64,000 nt of DNA. Origin: Candidatus Bathyarchaeia archaeon. Its GTDB lineage: Archaea; Thermoproteota; Bathyarchaeia; Bathyarchaeales; Bathycorpusculaceae. The stretch spans positions 64,001 to 128,000 of the forward strand of contig JBEKHN010000003.1 in NCBI GenBank assembly GCA_050012255.1, written 5' to 3'. The position numbers and the translations under genes were made by a program. Positions 18,846-28,412 of the stretch are shown piece after piece; within the stretch, counting starts at the first letter, position 1; each line of letters begins with the position of its first letter. The notes under the pieces are model-generated. The model worked only from the letters and a program-made list of their open reading frames with translations. It ran no database searches and was not told the origin of the DNA.

Positions 18846-19895
18846 ATGCCAAAAGTTATTGAATGGGTTGGAGCGAGAGATGGAGACATGGTCTGGAAGT
18901 ATCCCAGCGAGGATATTGGCTGGGGAGACAACCTCATAGTCCACGAGTACGAAGCCGCAGTGTTCTTCAGGGACGGAAAAGCCTACGACGTGTTCACGGC
19001 AGGGCGTCATGTCCTGTCTACGGCAAACCTTCCGCTGCTGACGAAAATCTTCTCGAAGATCGCCGGGTTCGGCAGGACTCCATTCACGTCCACAATATTC
19101 TTTGTGTCGCTGAAACAGTTCCAGGGCAAGTTCGGAGCGCAAGGACAGACTAAGGAACTCGCACCTCTGAAGTTCTTCGGAGGCTTCTGGTTCAGAGTTG
19201 AAGAGATAAACCTATTCGTGAACGAGGTGGTCGGCGGCCAGGGACTGTTTACAACAGATGGACTGCAAGACTTCCTGAGGGGCTACTTCAACCAGAGACT
19301 AATCGACAATCTGAGTCAGTACTCACTTTCAGACGTTTATGGCAAGCTGGACGACACAAGCCTTCTTGCAAAGAACGTTCTGTTCGACGCCTTTCACAGG
19401 ATAGGCCTCGAACTGATCGAGGTGAAGTTTGAAGGGATCGATACCACTCCAGAGTGGAGGGACAGACTGTTCTACGTGAAGACAGGGGTAAGCGCAGCAG
19501 AAGTCCTCAGGATGGAGACGGTTCAAAAGTCAAGCGAAAGCCTGTCAAAGAGTACAGGAGGAGCAGCGATCGGGGCTGGGGCAGTGCTCATTCCACCGCT
19601 ATTCCAACAACCAGCAGGTCAGGCTCAGCAGGTCATGGTAGTCTGCCCGAAATGCGGTTTCCAGAACCCACAAGCTTCGAAGTTCTGCAACAACTGCGGC
19701 GCACCTATGCAGCCAAGTGCACAGGCGGCAGCAACTGTCAACTGTCCCAAGTGTGGAACTGCAAACCCGACCACTGCGAAGTTCTGCGTCAACTGCGGAG
19801 CCCAAATGCAAGCAACTGTGAAATGTGCGAAATGCGGAACTGAGGCCCCTGCAGGGACAAAGTTCTGCCCCAACTGCGGAGCAAAACTGAAGTAG
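18846..19895 (+). CDS. SPFH/Band-7 (YdjI-like) protein with three C-terminal zinc ribbons
   Basis: LIVHEYEAAVFFRDGKAYDVF..G.H.L.T.NLP; three CxxC...KFCxxCG repeats; GGAGGTGA SD. Confidence 0.9.
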   Translation: MPKVIEWVGARDGDMVWKYPSEDIGWGDNLIVHEYEAAVFFRDGKAYDVFTAGRHVLSTANLPLLTKIFSKIAGFGRTPFTSTIFFVSLKQFQGKFGAQGQTKELAPLKFFGGFWFRVEEINLFVNEVVGGQGLFTTDGLQDFLRGYFNQRLIDNLSQYSLSDVYGKLDDTSLLAKNVLFDAFHRIGLELIEVKFEGIDTTPEWRDRLFYVKTGVSAAEVLRMETVQKSSESLSKSTGGAAIGAGAVLIPPLFQQPAGQAQQVMVVCPKCGFQNPQASKFCNNCGAPMQPSAQAAATVNCPKCGTANPTTAKFCVNCGAQMQATVKCAKCGTEAPAGTKFCPNCGAKLK

Positions 19896-20016
19896 CCAAC
19901 TCCCCTCTTTCACATCTATCTGCTCTCATCCTCTTTCTTGCGAGTGCCAGATGTAATGCTATTATGTAACATTTTTATCTCCATCCGGTTTATGCTATGG
20001 GAGAGCACGGTTCGGC

Positions 20017-21624
20017 ATGAGCGAGAAGATAATCGGTCACGGCACTTGGTACGACAAGATGGCCGCAAAAGTCGTGACCAGAGAGCGGAAGCTTGGAAGA
20101 AGCTTGAACTTGGTTAAAACCGAAATGGGCATAGCTGCTTCGGGCTTTCCTCACGTGGGCAACCTGAGTGACGCGGCCAGGTCTTTTGCTGTGACCCTGG
20201 CGCTTAGAGAGCAGGGCTTTAACTCTGAACTTGTCGCTTTCAGCGATGACAAGGATGGGTTACGAAAGGTTCCAGCTGGAATGCCCGATTCGCTGAAAGA
20301 GCACCTGGGTCGACCCGTCACGGACATTCCTGACTTTTACGGCTGCCACGGTAGCTACGGAGAACACATGTCCCTTCTTCTGCGCGAGGCCTTAGACAAG
20401 TGCGGTATCGATTACAAGTTCATGTCTGCCACTGAAGTCTATAGGAAAGGCTTGTTCAACGAAGAGATCAGGACGATGCTTCTGAGTGCAAAGAGAATAG
20501 GAGAAATAGTCAAAGAGGAGATCGGTCAAGAAAAGTTTCTGGAAGCTCTGCCTTACTTTGCTGTTTGTGAAAACTGCGGCCGCATATACACGACTAAAGC
20601 CTATGATTTTTTGCCAAAAGAGAATAAGATCCTTTACAAATGCGAAGGCATGGAGGTCAAGGGGCAATGGCTGCAGGGCTGCGGCCGCCAAGGAGAAGTC
20701 GACTACAGAAGCGGCATGGGTAAACTCAGCTGGAAGGGCGAGTTTGCCGTTCGATGGAAAGCCTTAGACATCAGGTTTGAGGCTTTCGGAAAAGACGTTG
20801 CCGACTCTGTGCGCGTCAACGACCGCATCTGCCGCGAAATATTGAACTGGGAGCCGCCCGTGCACGCGAAATACGAGCTGTTCTTGGGCAAGAGCGGCAG
20901 GAGATTCTCAAAGTCGGCTGGATTCTTGTTGACACCGCAAACGTGGTTCAAGTATGGCTCTCCACAGTCGGTCATGCTTCTGCTGCTGAAACGATTCGTC
21001 GGTTCTCGTGCGTTAGACGCTACAGACATCCCAACATACATGGACGAGCTGGACTCTCTGGAAGACGTGTACTTCGGAAAGAAGGCAGCAAAAGACGAGC
21101 GTGAACGCGCAAAGCTGACGGGTCTATTTGAGTACTGCTTTGCATTGCACGTTCCAGCGAAACCAAGCCTGCACGTACCGTACAACTTATTAACTTACTT
21201 GGCAAAAGTCGCTCCCAAAGGCAGTGAGGAAGCATACGTCGTTGATAAGCTTCGAAGCTACGGCTACTTGAAGCAAGGACAAACATTGGATGAGGCTTCA
21301 AGGAAACGCGTTGAGTACGCATTCAATTGGGCAAGGGATTTTGAAGAGATTAAGGAAGCATCAGTTCCCTTGAAAGAAGAGGAAAGAGTTGCAGTGACAG
21401 AACTGGTAAAGATGCTAGCAGCTGAAGATGAACCTGAAAAAATACAGAACGCCGTATTCAACACCGCCAAGAAGCACGGTTTGCAGCCGAGCAGCTTCTT
21501 CAAGACGATATACACGGTCCTCTTGGGTGCGCCTCAAGGTCCAAGACTTGGCCCCTACATAATCGCGATGGGAAAACAAAACGTGATCGACGCTCTGGAT
21601 CGCGCTTTAGGAAACCAAAGCTAA
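20017..21624 (+). CDS. lysS: Class I lysyl-tRNA synthetase
   Basis: GIAASGFPHVGN, FSDDKDGLRKVP, CENCG, GKLSWK, EAFGKD, FSKS, QGPRLG. Confidence 0.95.
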   Translation: MSEKIIGHGTWYDKMAAKVVTRERKLGRSLNLVKTEMGIAASGFPHVGNLSDAARSFAVTLALREQGFNSELVAFSDDKDGLRKVPAGMPDSLKEHLGRPVTDIPDFYGCHGSYGEHMSLLLREALDKCGIDYKFMSATEVYRKGLFNEEIRTMLLSAKRIGEIVKEEIGQEKFLEALPYFAVCENCGRIYTTKAYDFLPKENKILYKCEGMEVKGQWLQGCGRQGEVDYRSGMGKLSWKGEFAVRWKALDIRFEAFGKDVADSVRVNDRICREILNWEPPVHAKYELFLGKSGRRFSKSAGFLLTPQTWFKYGSPQSVMLLLLKRFVGSRALDATDIPTYMDELDSLEDVYFGKKAAKDERERAKLTGLFEYCFALHVPAKPSLHVPYNLLTYLAKVAPKGSEEAYVVDKLRSYGYLKQGQTLDEASRKRVEYAFNWARDFEEIKEASVPLKEEERVAVTELVKMLAAEDEPEKIQNAVFNTAKKHGLQPSSFFKTIYTVLLGAPQGPRLGPYIIAMGKQNVIDALDRALGNQS

Positions 21625-21732
21625 AAGACGGTGCGCGCACTGCAAGATTATGTCCGGCACAGTTTGTGAGAATTGTTTTTCTCAGCGCAAGGAATTTATT
21701 CTCTCAACACATATGGGTTCAAAGGTGTTCAA

Positions 21733-21976
21733 AATGGTTGAGTCTTTCGTATTAGTCAGAGTAGGCACAAGCGAAGCTATGAGTTTCACGAAGACGATCA
21801 GAGAGGTACTCTGTAAAACCAAAGGTGTCAAAGACGTTTACGGAGTCTTTGGACGTTGGGACTTCGTCATCAAAGTGGAGACAAAGACGCTTGAAGACTT
21901 GGGAAAACTAGTCACCGATTGCATAAGGGGCATCAGCGGAGTAGTTTCCACAGAGACGCTGATAATAGGTTTCTAG
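21733..21976 (+). CDS. Stand-alone Lrp/AsnC ligand-binding (RAM) domain protein
   Basis: VYGVFGRWDFVIKVE...IRGISGVVSTETLI; likely start MVESF (ORF track starts at 21650). Confidence 0.85.
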
Positions 21977-22140
21977 CAAGACTTGCGGCCGACACATTTT
22001 CCACAATTTTTTTCCGCGTGCGCATCATTATTTTGTCTACAGAACATATTCCGGCTGCAGGGGGCTGAAGAAGCGATTCTGTTAACTAAGAATTCTAGCG
22101 TTTCGAGCGTGCGGAAGACAAATATAGAATCGCTGAGTTT

Positions 22141-23319
22141 TTGATCAAATCGAGTGTGAAGGAGATTAAAAGTAAGGTTAGCCGTATTGGGTACATCAAC
22201 AGGATCATGGACAACCTGTTAAACGTTAGAAAGAGAGAGCTAAACCCGTTGTACGAAGACCTCAAGTCTGCTGACTGCGTGGTCTGCGGTGGGTCTGGCA
22301 GGTCGTTGTATTCTCTTAATGCAGCGATGAGTCAGATTGCGATCAGCCACATAGGCTGGAGGAACAAGGTTGTGCTAACCCCGGATGATCCGGGTTTTCC
22401 GGGGAAGAACATGTATGATGCTGCGGCGGAGCTTGAAAGGCGTTACAACAAGACGTTGCTCTTGATAAACTCTGGTAGCGGCGTGTCTGGAGACCCATTG
22501 GGGCTGGCCCAGGACCTTTGCAGGTATATTGGCGAGAAGAAGACTTCAAAGTTTTCCATAGGCCTCATTACGTCTAGTTTGAGTTCACCATTGGCAGAAA
22601 TTGTATCTAAAAGTGGACATGTCGTCGAGCTCAGAGGCCGCGGGAGGGCGAAACCTTCGCTTGATTATGGCAAGACAGGGATCATGGGCGATGTCTTCGA
22701 ATTGGGCAGTCTTCTTCTTCTATCCATGATGACGGAAGCCATTTTTCGAAACTTGGAGGCAAGTGAAGTGTTTCGTCTCTGCGAAGAAGAGTTTGCCAAG
22801 CTGGGGCCGTTGGTGGACTCAATAGTTGAGTCTGAAGTCTACACGCATCTTGTCGACATCTTGGAAAAACGGACAAGCGTGTTTCTCGGCGGAAAAGGTA
22901 CTGGAAGCGAAATAGTCAAGATGGTTGCAGTAAGGCTCTTTCACATCAAGAGCACGCTGGGAGACAACGTGTACATAGCCAGAGGTGTGAACACGCCGCC
23001 TCCGAGACCGGGCGACCTTGAAATTCTAGTGTCCTTCTCTGGCGAAACCAAGCCCGTCATAGCCTGGGCAGACACTTTGAAGAAATTGAACGGAACGGTT
23101 CTTTCAATCACTGGAACAAGAAAATCCACTCTGACTGAAAAGTCAGACCTGCAAATAGTGTTGGATGAAGAAACTAAGCCAGGACAACCTAGAAGGTTCT
23201 ACATGAGGACAGCGTACGTCCTGAGCCCACTGCCAGTCAGGCTGGTCGAGAGACTGGGAGAAAAGGGGTTAAAGCTGCCCGAATACATAATCAACTGGCA
23301 TCACTCGCTCACCGATTAG
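22141..23319 (+). CDS. Tandem SIS-domain protein (6-phospho-3-hexuloisomerase-like)
   Basis: GSGRS...INSGSG in the first half; SFSGET...ITGTRKSTL in the second half. Confidence 0.75.
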   Translation: MIKSSVKEIKSKVSRIGYINRIMDNLLNVRKRELNPLYEDLKSADCVVCGGSGRSLYSLNAAMSQIAISHIGWRNKVVLTPDDPGFPGKNMYDAAAELERRYNKTLLLINSGSGVSGDPLGLAQDLCRYIGEKKTSKFSIGLITSSLSSPLAEIVSKSGHVVELRGRGRAKPSLDYGKTGIMGDVFELGSLLLLSMMTEAIFRNLEASEVFRLCEEEFAKLGPLVDSIVESEVYTHLVDILEKRTSVFLGGKGTGSEIVKMVAVRLFHIKSTLGDNVYIARGVNTPPPRPGDLEILVSFSGETKPVIAWADTLKKLNGTVLSITGTRKSTLTEKSDLQIVLDEETKPGQPRRFYMRTAYVLSPLPVRLVERLGEKGLKLPEYIINWHHSLTD

Positions 23320-23331
23320 GAACTCGCCGTC

Positions 23332-23649
23332 CTAAGACGTTCGCGTGTGTGCACCGGTCTTTCCAAAGATCTCTTCCAGTCTTCGCTTGTGAACCTCGCG
23401 AGTGGTGAGCGGGTAAATTTCTCTTTCGGTGTAGAAGAACAGCGGGTCTTCACCCACTATGCTTGCAAGTTGTTCATCCGAGTCTGCGTTCACTACCAGA
23501 ACATCGCCTTGATGACCTATCAGATGATACGAAACCTCAACAGTCTTCTTCTTTTCCAACGCATCAAGATACTTGAAGTGTGCCGGAAGAAGCTTAGCCC
23601 AGACATCCACACTGGTCTGTCTCATCTTTGTGATTATCAAGAACTTCAT
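23332..23649 (-). CDS. Muconolactone-isomerase/YCII-like dimeric alpha-beta barrel protein
   Basis: H..YL..L...G.VLVVNADSDEQL...DPLF...EIYPL. Confidence 0.7.
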   Translation of the reverse strand: MKFLIITKMRQTSVDVWAKLLPAHFKYLDALEKKKTVEVSYHLIGHQGDVLVVNADSDEQLASIVGEDPLFFYTEREIYPLTTREVHKRRLEEIFGKTGAHTRTS

Positions 23650-23688
23650 TTCAAATCGTTTTTCACTCTTACGCCCAAGATATAAATG

Positions 23689-23826
23689 ACTTTTGGAAAA
23701 ATGCGGGTCTATCTGTTCTAGAGAAAGAGATCAGTTAGCTCGTGCATGGATAATGTTGAGGGTTTTGAAAAACTAGGAAGAAGGTTCCGAATTTCTTCTC
23801 TACTATACCCACATCATTTCCCACCC
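23689..23826. repeat. Copy 1 of a diverged ~140-bp direct repeat
   Basis: Aligns by eye with 26021..26162 (AAGAGATCAGTTAGCT vs AAGAGATTAGTCAGCT; AAAACTAGGAAGAA shared; ATTTCCCA end). Confidence 0.8.
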
Positions 23827-25073
23827 GGCGTACGCGCCTTGGTCTTCCACCTGAGCAGTGGAATCCCCACAGTTGTGATCACTGCGGTTGCCAAAATCAC
23901 GACGACCGTTATGTTGATATAGAGGGGTGACAACTGCTGGAAAACTAGCCCCACTTCCGGATATTTTACAGGATCTGCATATTGCAATGGCAAAGTGGCC
24001 AGTACGGCTGAGGCCAGCCCCCTTGTCAGCAATACACTCATGATTGATCTTTCATTGATCAGGTCGCTTCGAATAGTCGCTATGTGAACAGCTCCAAATC
24101 TTATCAGGAGCAAGGTCAAAGCAAGTGTTATTCCTATCATAACCGTTTTGAGATTGGGCGACGTGGCAATCAGACCTATGTAAACAAAGAAGAATGCTCT
24201 CAACAGGAAAGCTATTTCAGATTCAAACCGCTTCAGTCCCGCGTCAACAACCTGACTTGATGGTTTTTTCATTCTGAGTATTCCATAGATCTCCTTCTCG
24301 TTCCCTAACACTATGCCAAAGAGCAGAGAACAAAGTGCTCCGCTTCCGCCTAATACTTCTGAGAGTGCATAGGCCAGTAGGGCGATACCTAGAGTAAGCA
24401 TGTAAGAGTATGATGCTTTAATGATGCGTTTCAACATGCTAAGCCAACCGACGCCGATGATTATCCCGAGCATCGCTCCAATAGAAAATCTGCTTGCCAA
24501 TGACTTGGCAATAGTCGGTAAATCAACGGTTCCTTTCAACACTATTATCTCAATGATGACTAATGACAATACAATGCACAGGATGTCATTGATGGCTGAT
24601 TCTAGACTCAGGATTGTTGAGCCTCTTTGGCTCAACCCGATTCTGGATGCCAAAGACATCACGATTATGCTGCTGCTTCCTCCAACGATTGTTCCAAACA
24701 GAATAGAATACAGAGGAGAAACGTTTGGAATGACCAAAAAATACATCAACAAACTGGTTACCATGGCACTTGATGCGAACCCTGCCGTGGCAAGAACGGC
24801 TGCTCTTGGGCTCTCAGAAAAGACGCGGTATATATTCATGGTCATTCCACCATCAAACAATATGAAAACCAAAGCCAACGCTGCCAAGTAAGGGACCAAG
24901 CTCATCACAGAGGTGACATCCACTAACCCTGTTGCTGGTCCAACAAGCATGCCCAAGACTATTAGGAACAGCATATCTGGCAAGCCTTTGCGCTCAAGCA
25001 GATAGTTGCTCAAAAACCCTATTACAATTATTATACCACCGAGTATTAGGGCAAATGTCACGGGATCAAACAA
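23814..25073 (-). CDS. Cation:proton antiporter (CPA1/NhaP type)
   Basis: About 13 TM segments; FILFDGG, LESAINDIL, FFFVYIG, RGLASAVLA. Confidence 0.92.
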   Translation of the reverse strand: MFDPVTFALILGGIIIVIGFLSNYLLERKGLPDMLFLIVLGMLVGPATGLVDVTSVMSLVPYLAALALVFILFDGGMTMNIYRVFSESPRAAVLATAGFASSAMVTSLLMYFLVIPNVSPLYSILFGTIVGGSSSIIVMSLASRIGLSQRGSTILSLESAINDILCIVLSLVIIEIIVLKGTVDLPTIAKSLASRFSIGAMLGIIIGVGWLSMLKRIIKASYSYMLTLGIALLAYALSEVLGGSGALCSLLFGIVLGNEKEIYGILRMKKPSSQVVDAGLKRFESEIAFLLRAFFFVYIGLIATSPNLKTVMIGITLALTLLLIRFGAVHIATIRSDLINERSIMSVLLTRGLASAVLATLPLQYADPVKYPEVGLVFQQLSPLYINITVVVILATAVITTVGIPLLRWKTKARTPGGK

Positions 25074-25226
25074 ATCGGGCCACGGCTCTAAATAGAGTGT
25101 AAGATCTGGTTTAAAGGATTTATTTTGTGCATCAGCTCAGCACCACATGCTGGCTGGGTCTCATGTCGCCTGTCGAGATCAAACAGTTAATATCTGCGCT
25201 GGAGACGCACGAGCAAGTCTGCACCC

Positions 25227-25790
25227 TCACCAGATCTTATCAACCTTCAAGTGAGTTAAGAACCCTATCACGCCGCAGAACTGAAAGAAGAAGATCTTGA
25301 CCAAATCTCTAATTGACAAAGGTAGGCCAGCAAAGCCAAGGAAGCCCACTGCAAACAAAAATGTGCCATAAATGACCAACGATCTGAAGTTGTGATATGT
25401 TTCCATTGTCCTCCAACTCAACCGAACTCCAGAAAATAAGAGCCAAACAAGCAAAGGTGCAAACAGAAGCAGCGCATATTTCTGGTACCACGGAAGGTCA
25501 GTGCCCTCAGGTTCATACTTTTTCCCTCTGTAGATTGAAGGAAGATCAGGAAGGAAGTTACTGTAGAAATACACGATCAATCCCCACAGCATTGAACCCC
25601 AAACATTTTCACCAAAGACGAATTGGTATCCAAAAAAGTAAGCCAGACCTAAAGGTAAAATCAGCCAAACGAACACTTCAACTGAGGACTTAACATGTTC
25701 AGACGTCTCCTCCTTCATGCGCCAAACTGGAAACCTGGAGCCGATTTTGCGATTGATGCTCTTGAAAGAATGCAACACGAAACCATACAA
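25227..25790 (-). CDS. Hypothetical membrane protein (possible metal-dependent hydrolase-like)
   Basis: TM segments, NFLPDL, YHNF, THLKVD; frame stays open to about 25862. Confidence 0.65.
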   Translation of the reverse strand: MYGFVLHSFKSINRKIGSRFPVWRMKEETSEHVKSSVEVFVWLILPLGLAYFFGYQFVFGENVWGSMLWGLIVYFYSNFLPDLPSIYRGKKYEPEGTDLPWYQKYALLLFAPLLVWLLFSGVRLSWRTMETYHNFRSLVIYGTFLFAVGFLGFAGLPLSIRDLVKIFFFQFCGVIGFLTHLKVDKIW

Positions 25791-26020
25791 TGCCTCGTAT
25801 AACCCTCTGAACGCGTCATGAACCTTTGCGAAAAACTTCCTAAGCCTAGATTTTGTCGCAAACGGTCACCCAATAACCGCTGTATTCTCCTCGATCAGGT
25901 TCTTTAACCCTTTGGACTATCCATTCATCGGAGAGTTTGGCAAATGGCGGAAAATGCTCAAGAAGAAAAAACGGCTATATTCAACACCGAAGTCGGGCCT
26001 AACTGGCCTTTAGAAAAAAA

Positions 26021-26162
26021 GCTTTCGGAAAACAACGCGACTTCCTCCGATCGTAGAAGAAGAGATTAGTCAGCTTGTATCTGAATAGTGTTGAAGGCTT
26101 TGAAGAAAACTAGGAAGAAAGTCCCAAGTTCCTATTCTAGTATGCCTTATTATTTCCCAACC
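26021..26162. repeat. Copy 2 of the ~140-bp direct repeat
   Basis: See copy 1 at 23689..23826. Confidence 0.8.
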
Positions 26163-26384
26163 GAGCAAGTTGACGTTATACGCAAGATGCAGCCGAGGAA
26201 AAGGAAGAAGGAGCAGTAGGTTTTTTCATATCTAGCAACTCTCTATCGGCTTTTCCACACTTCACCTTAAGAAGAGCTGGTTTGTAGTTGGATGGGCTGC
26301 CTTGTTGTATTCAAACACAACTGCCTGCGCTTGCTGAAACTTTGCAGAGCGCGACGAATGCGTAATTGAGAAGACTTTAATTGC

Positions 26385-26765
26385 TTGCGCAAAGATAGCT
26401 GCTTCAAGGGCAAGAGCGCGTTGACAACTACAAGCAGTGACTACTTGCAGAGATTTAACCGTCTTCTCGTTTGGTCTACTGTGGTGCTTTTAATTATCTT
26501 TGTAATTTCAGGATTCGGTATCACAAACTCGAGAACGACGAGCGAAATGACTGGAGGCGTGTTTACTTTCAGCGTCTCATTGTACCTGCATCTGAATCTG
26601 GCAGTGCCCGTTCTCATACTGCTGGTGATTCACGTGCTGATCGGATTGAAGGCCGCTTTGACACGGTGGGGAGTGGAAGAAGCAAGGCTGTTGAATGTTG
26701 TTCTTATCGCACTGGGCCTTTTTGTCACGGCTCTGATAATTCTGGCGCGGTATCTGATATTCTAA
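26385..26765 (+). CDS. Small membrane protein with paired His, cytochrome b-like
   Basis: 3 TM; YLHLNLAVPVLILLVIHV (two His on one helix); probable TTG start at 26421. Confidence 0.65.
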   Translation: MRKDSCFKGKSALTTTSSDYLQRFNRLLVWSTVVLLIIFVISGFGITNSRTTSEMTGGVFTFSVSLYLHLNLAVPVLILLVIHVLIGLKAALTRWGVEEARLLNVVLIALGLFVTALIILARYLIF

Positions 26766-27517
26766 GATGTTGAAATGTGCAATGATCCATTCTTCATGAT
26801 TTGGGTCACTTGCTCTGCCGACCGTTCAGGACCTCTTTTTCTGTAGATTGCGGCTACGATTATGGCAACGAATATGACAACAGGTATTATCAGTAGCAAC
26901 CATGGAAACTCTGCGGGCGCACTGAGTATTTCCATTTTCACCACGAATTTTACCCATAATGCGGACGTCGTGGCCAGTCGTTCTGGTCCAACGATCGCAA
27001 GGAGTAGGGGGCTTTCATCTGAGGACAGGTTTGCACCGTCAAAGTAGTATGCCAGAATCGGAGTGAGAGATTGATTGTGAGGCACTTGTTGACCTGTCAA
27101 AGTGTCGAATGTTGTGAAATTGCCGTTCACTTTATCATAACTGAGAGTCTTGGTGTAGTTGTCAGAGGCTGTTATTTTGAGGCTGCTGCCGTTGGCTATT
27201 CCTCCAACCAAATTGCAGAAGGCTATCAATGGAACCCCTGTGTAGTTTCCCAGACCTCTGATGAATCCGCCTTGGGTTTCATAGCCTCCGTAGGTCGTGT
27301 ACGAGGGGAGGCTTCCGATGTCGTTAGAGGTCAAGACGAGTTGGGTGCCATTTGCCGCGACGACAGTAAGAGTCATGGGAGGAAGATTGATGGCGGTAGT
27401 CGCCGCCCGTGCCCTCGCACTTGAACATGAAACTGCGCTCGTGGCTACCAAGACTAGTGTGACCACGAGAAAAGTACGTTTTCCGTAACTGCTTTCTAGT
27501 CTGCGGTTTGGCTTCAT
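26762..27517 (-). CDS. Secreted, C-terminally anchored protein with sulfite-oxidase-like Moco-domain fold
   Basis: Signal peptide; YTGVPL, ITASDNY, ILAY..DG, WVKFVVKMEI; TM helix plus basic tail. Confidence 0.65.
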   Translation of the reverse strand: MKPNRRLESSYGKRTFLVVTLVLVATSAVSCSSARARAATTAINLPPMTLTVVAANGTQLVLTSNDIGSLPSYTTYGGYETQGGFIRGLGNYTGVPLIAFCNLVGGIANGSSLKITASDNYTKTLSYDKVNGNFTTFDTLTGQQVPHNQSLTPILAYYFDGANLSSDESPLLLAIVGPERLATTSALWVKFVVKMEILSAPAEFPWLLLIIPVVIFVAIIVAAIYRKRGPERSAEQVTQIMKNGSLHISTS

Positions 27518-27680
27518 GTTTTCACTTGTGATTTCTTTGGGCAGTTTGTCTCAGGGTATGCGTTGCGCGCATTAAAAGCATTTTTGACTGGGCTTGATCA
27601 GTCGCTTCCGTTGGTGCGAGGTACACGGGCAAAATGCATATAGGTATGACGTACGTCATATTCCTTGAAGCGAAGGAGCG

Positions 27681-28346
27681 ATGAATGCAAGGAAAATCCT
27701 ACTGCTGGCGATTCTCGCGATGATAGTGGTTGCTGCCGCATTCGTGGGAAATTGGGTGTGGACCGGCCTGACCAGCGGGCCAACAATCTCTTATAACGGG
27801 GAAATCACGGTGTACAACGGGCAGAAGCTCGGGTCGATAAATGATTTCAGACTCGAAGCGATAAATGGTGTACAATACATAAACGTGAGCTCCTACCGGC
27901 TTGTTGTCAAAGGGCTTGTTCAAAACCAAACCGTCTACACGTACGACGACATTGTTAACAATCACACGAGTTACGAGAAAGTTGTCAAGCTCCACTGCGT
28001 GGAAGGCTGGGAAGTCACGGCTTTGTGGCAGGGTGTACGCGTGAAGGATCTCCTTGAGGAAGCCGGCTACGATCACAGTGCCAAAGTCGTAATATTCTAT
28101 GCTCAAGATGGATATACGACAAGCCTGCCGCTTTCCTACATAGTGGGCAACAACATAATGATAGCCTACAAGATAAACAACGTAACCCTTCCGGCACGAG
28201 AAGGCTTCCCGTTTCAACTAGTTGCTGAAGGCAAGTACGGGTACAAGTGGATAAAGTGGATAACCACGATAGAAGTATCCAACGACACCAGCTTTCGAGG
28301 CTATTGGGAAAGCTATGGATACGACAACAATGCCGACCTACCGTGA
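27681..28346 (+). CDS. Molybdopterin-dependent oxidoreductase (sulfite oxidase/MsrP family), N-terminal anchor
   Basis: LHCVEGW, WQGV, DGYTTSLP, GFPFQLV, YGYKWIKWIT.IE, GYWE. Confidence 0.9.
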   Translation: MNARKILLLAILAMIVVAAAFVGNWVWTGLTSGPTISYNGEITVYNGQKLGSINDFRLEAINGVQYINVSSYRLVVKGLVQNQTVYTYDDIVNNHTSYEKVVKLHCVEGWEVTALWQGVRVKDLLEEAGYDHSAKVVIFYAQDGYTTSLPLSYIVGNNIMIAYKINNVTLPAREGFPFQLVAEGKYGYKWIKWITTIEVSNDTSFRGYWESYGYDNNADLP

Positions 28347-28412
28347 TGCCTGAATCTGGCCCCTGCTTTTCTGAACAAGACGTTGCTGTGCAGTAGTATT
28401 CTGAGCAGCGTT

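Noticed and set aside
19620-19890. Repeated sequence at the 3' end of the SPFH gene
   Set aside because: Explained by three tandem zinc-ribbon protein repeats
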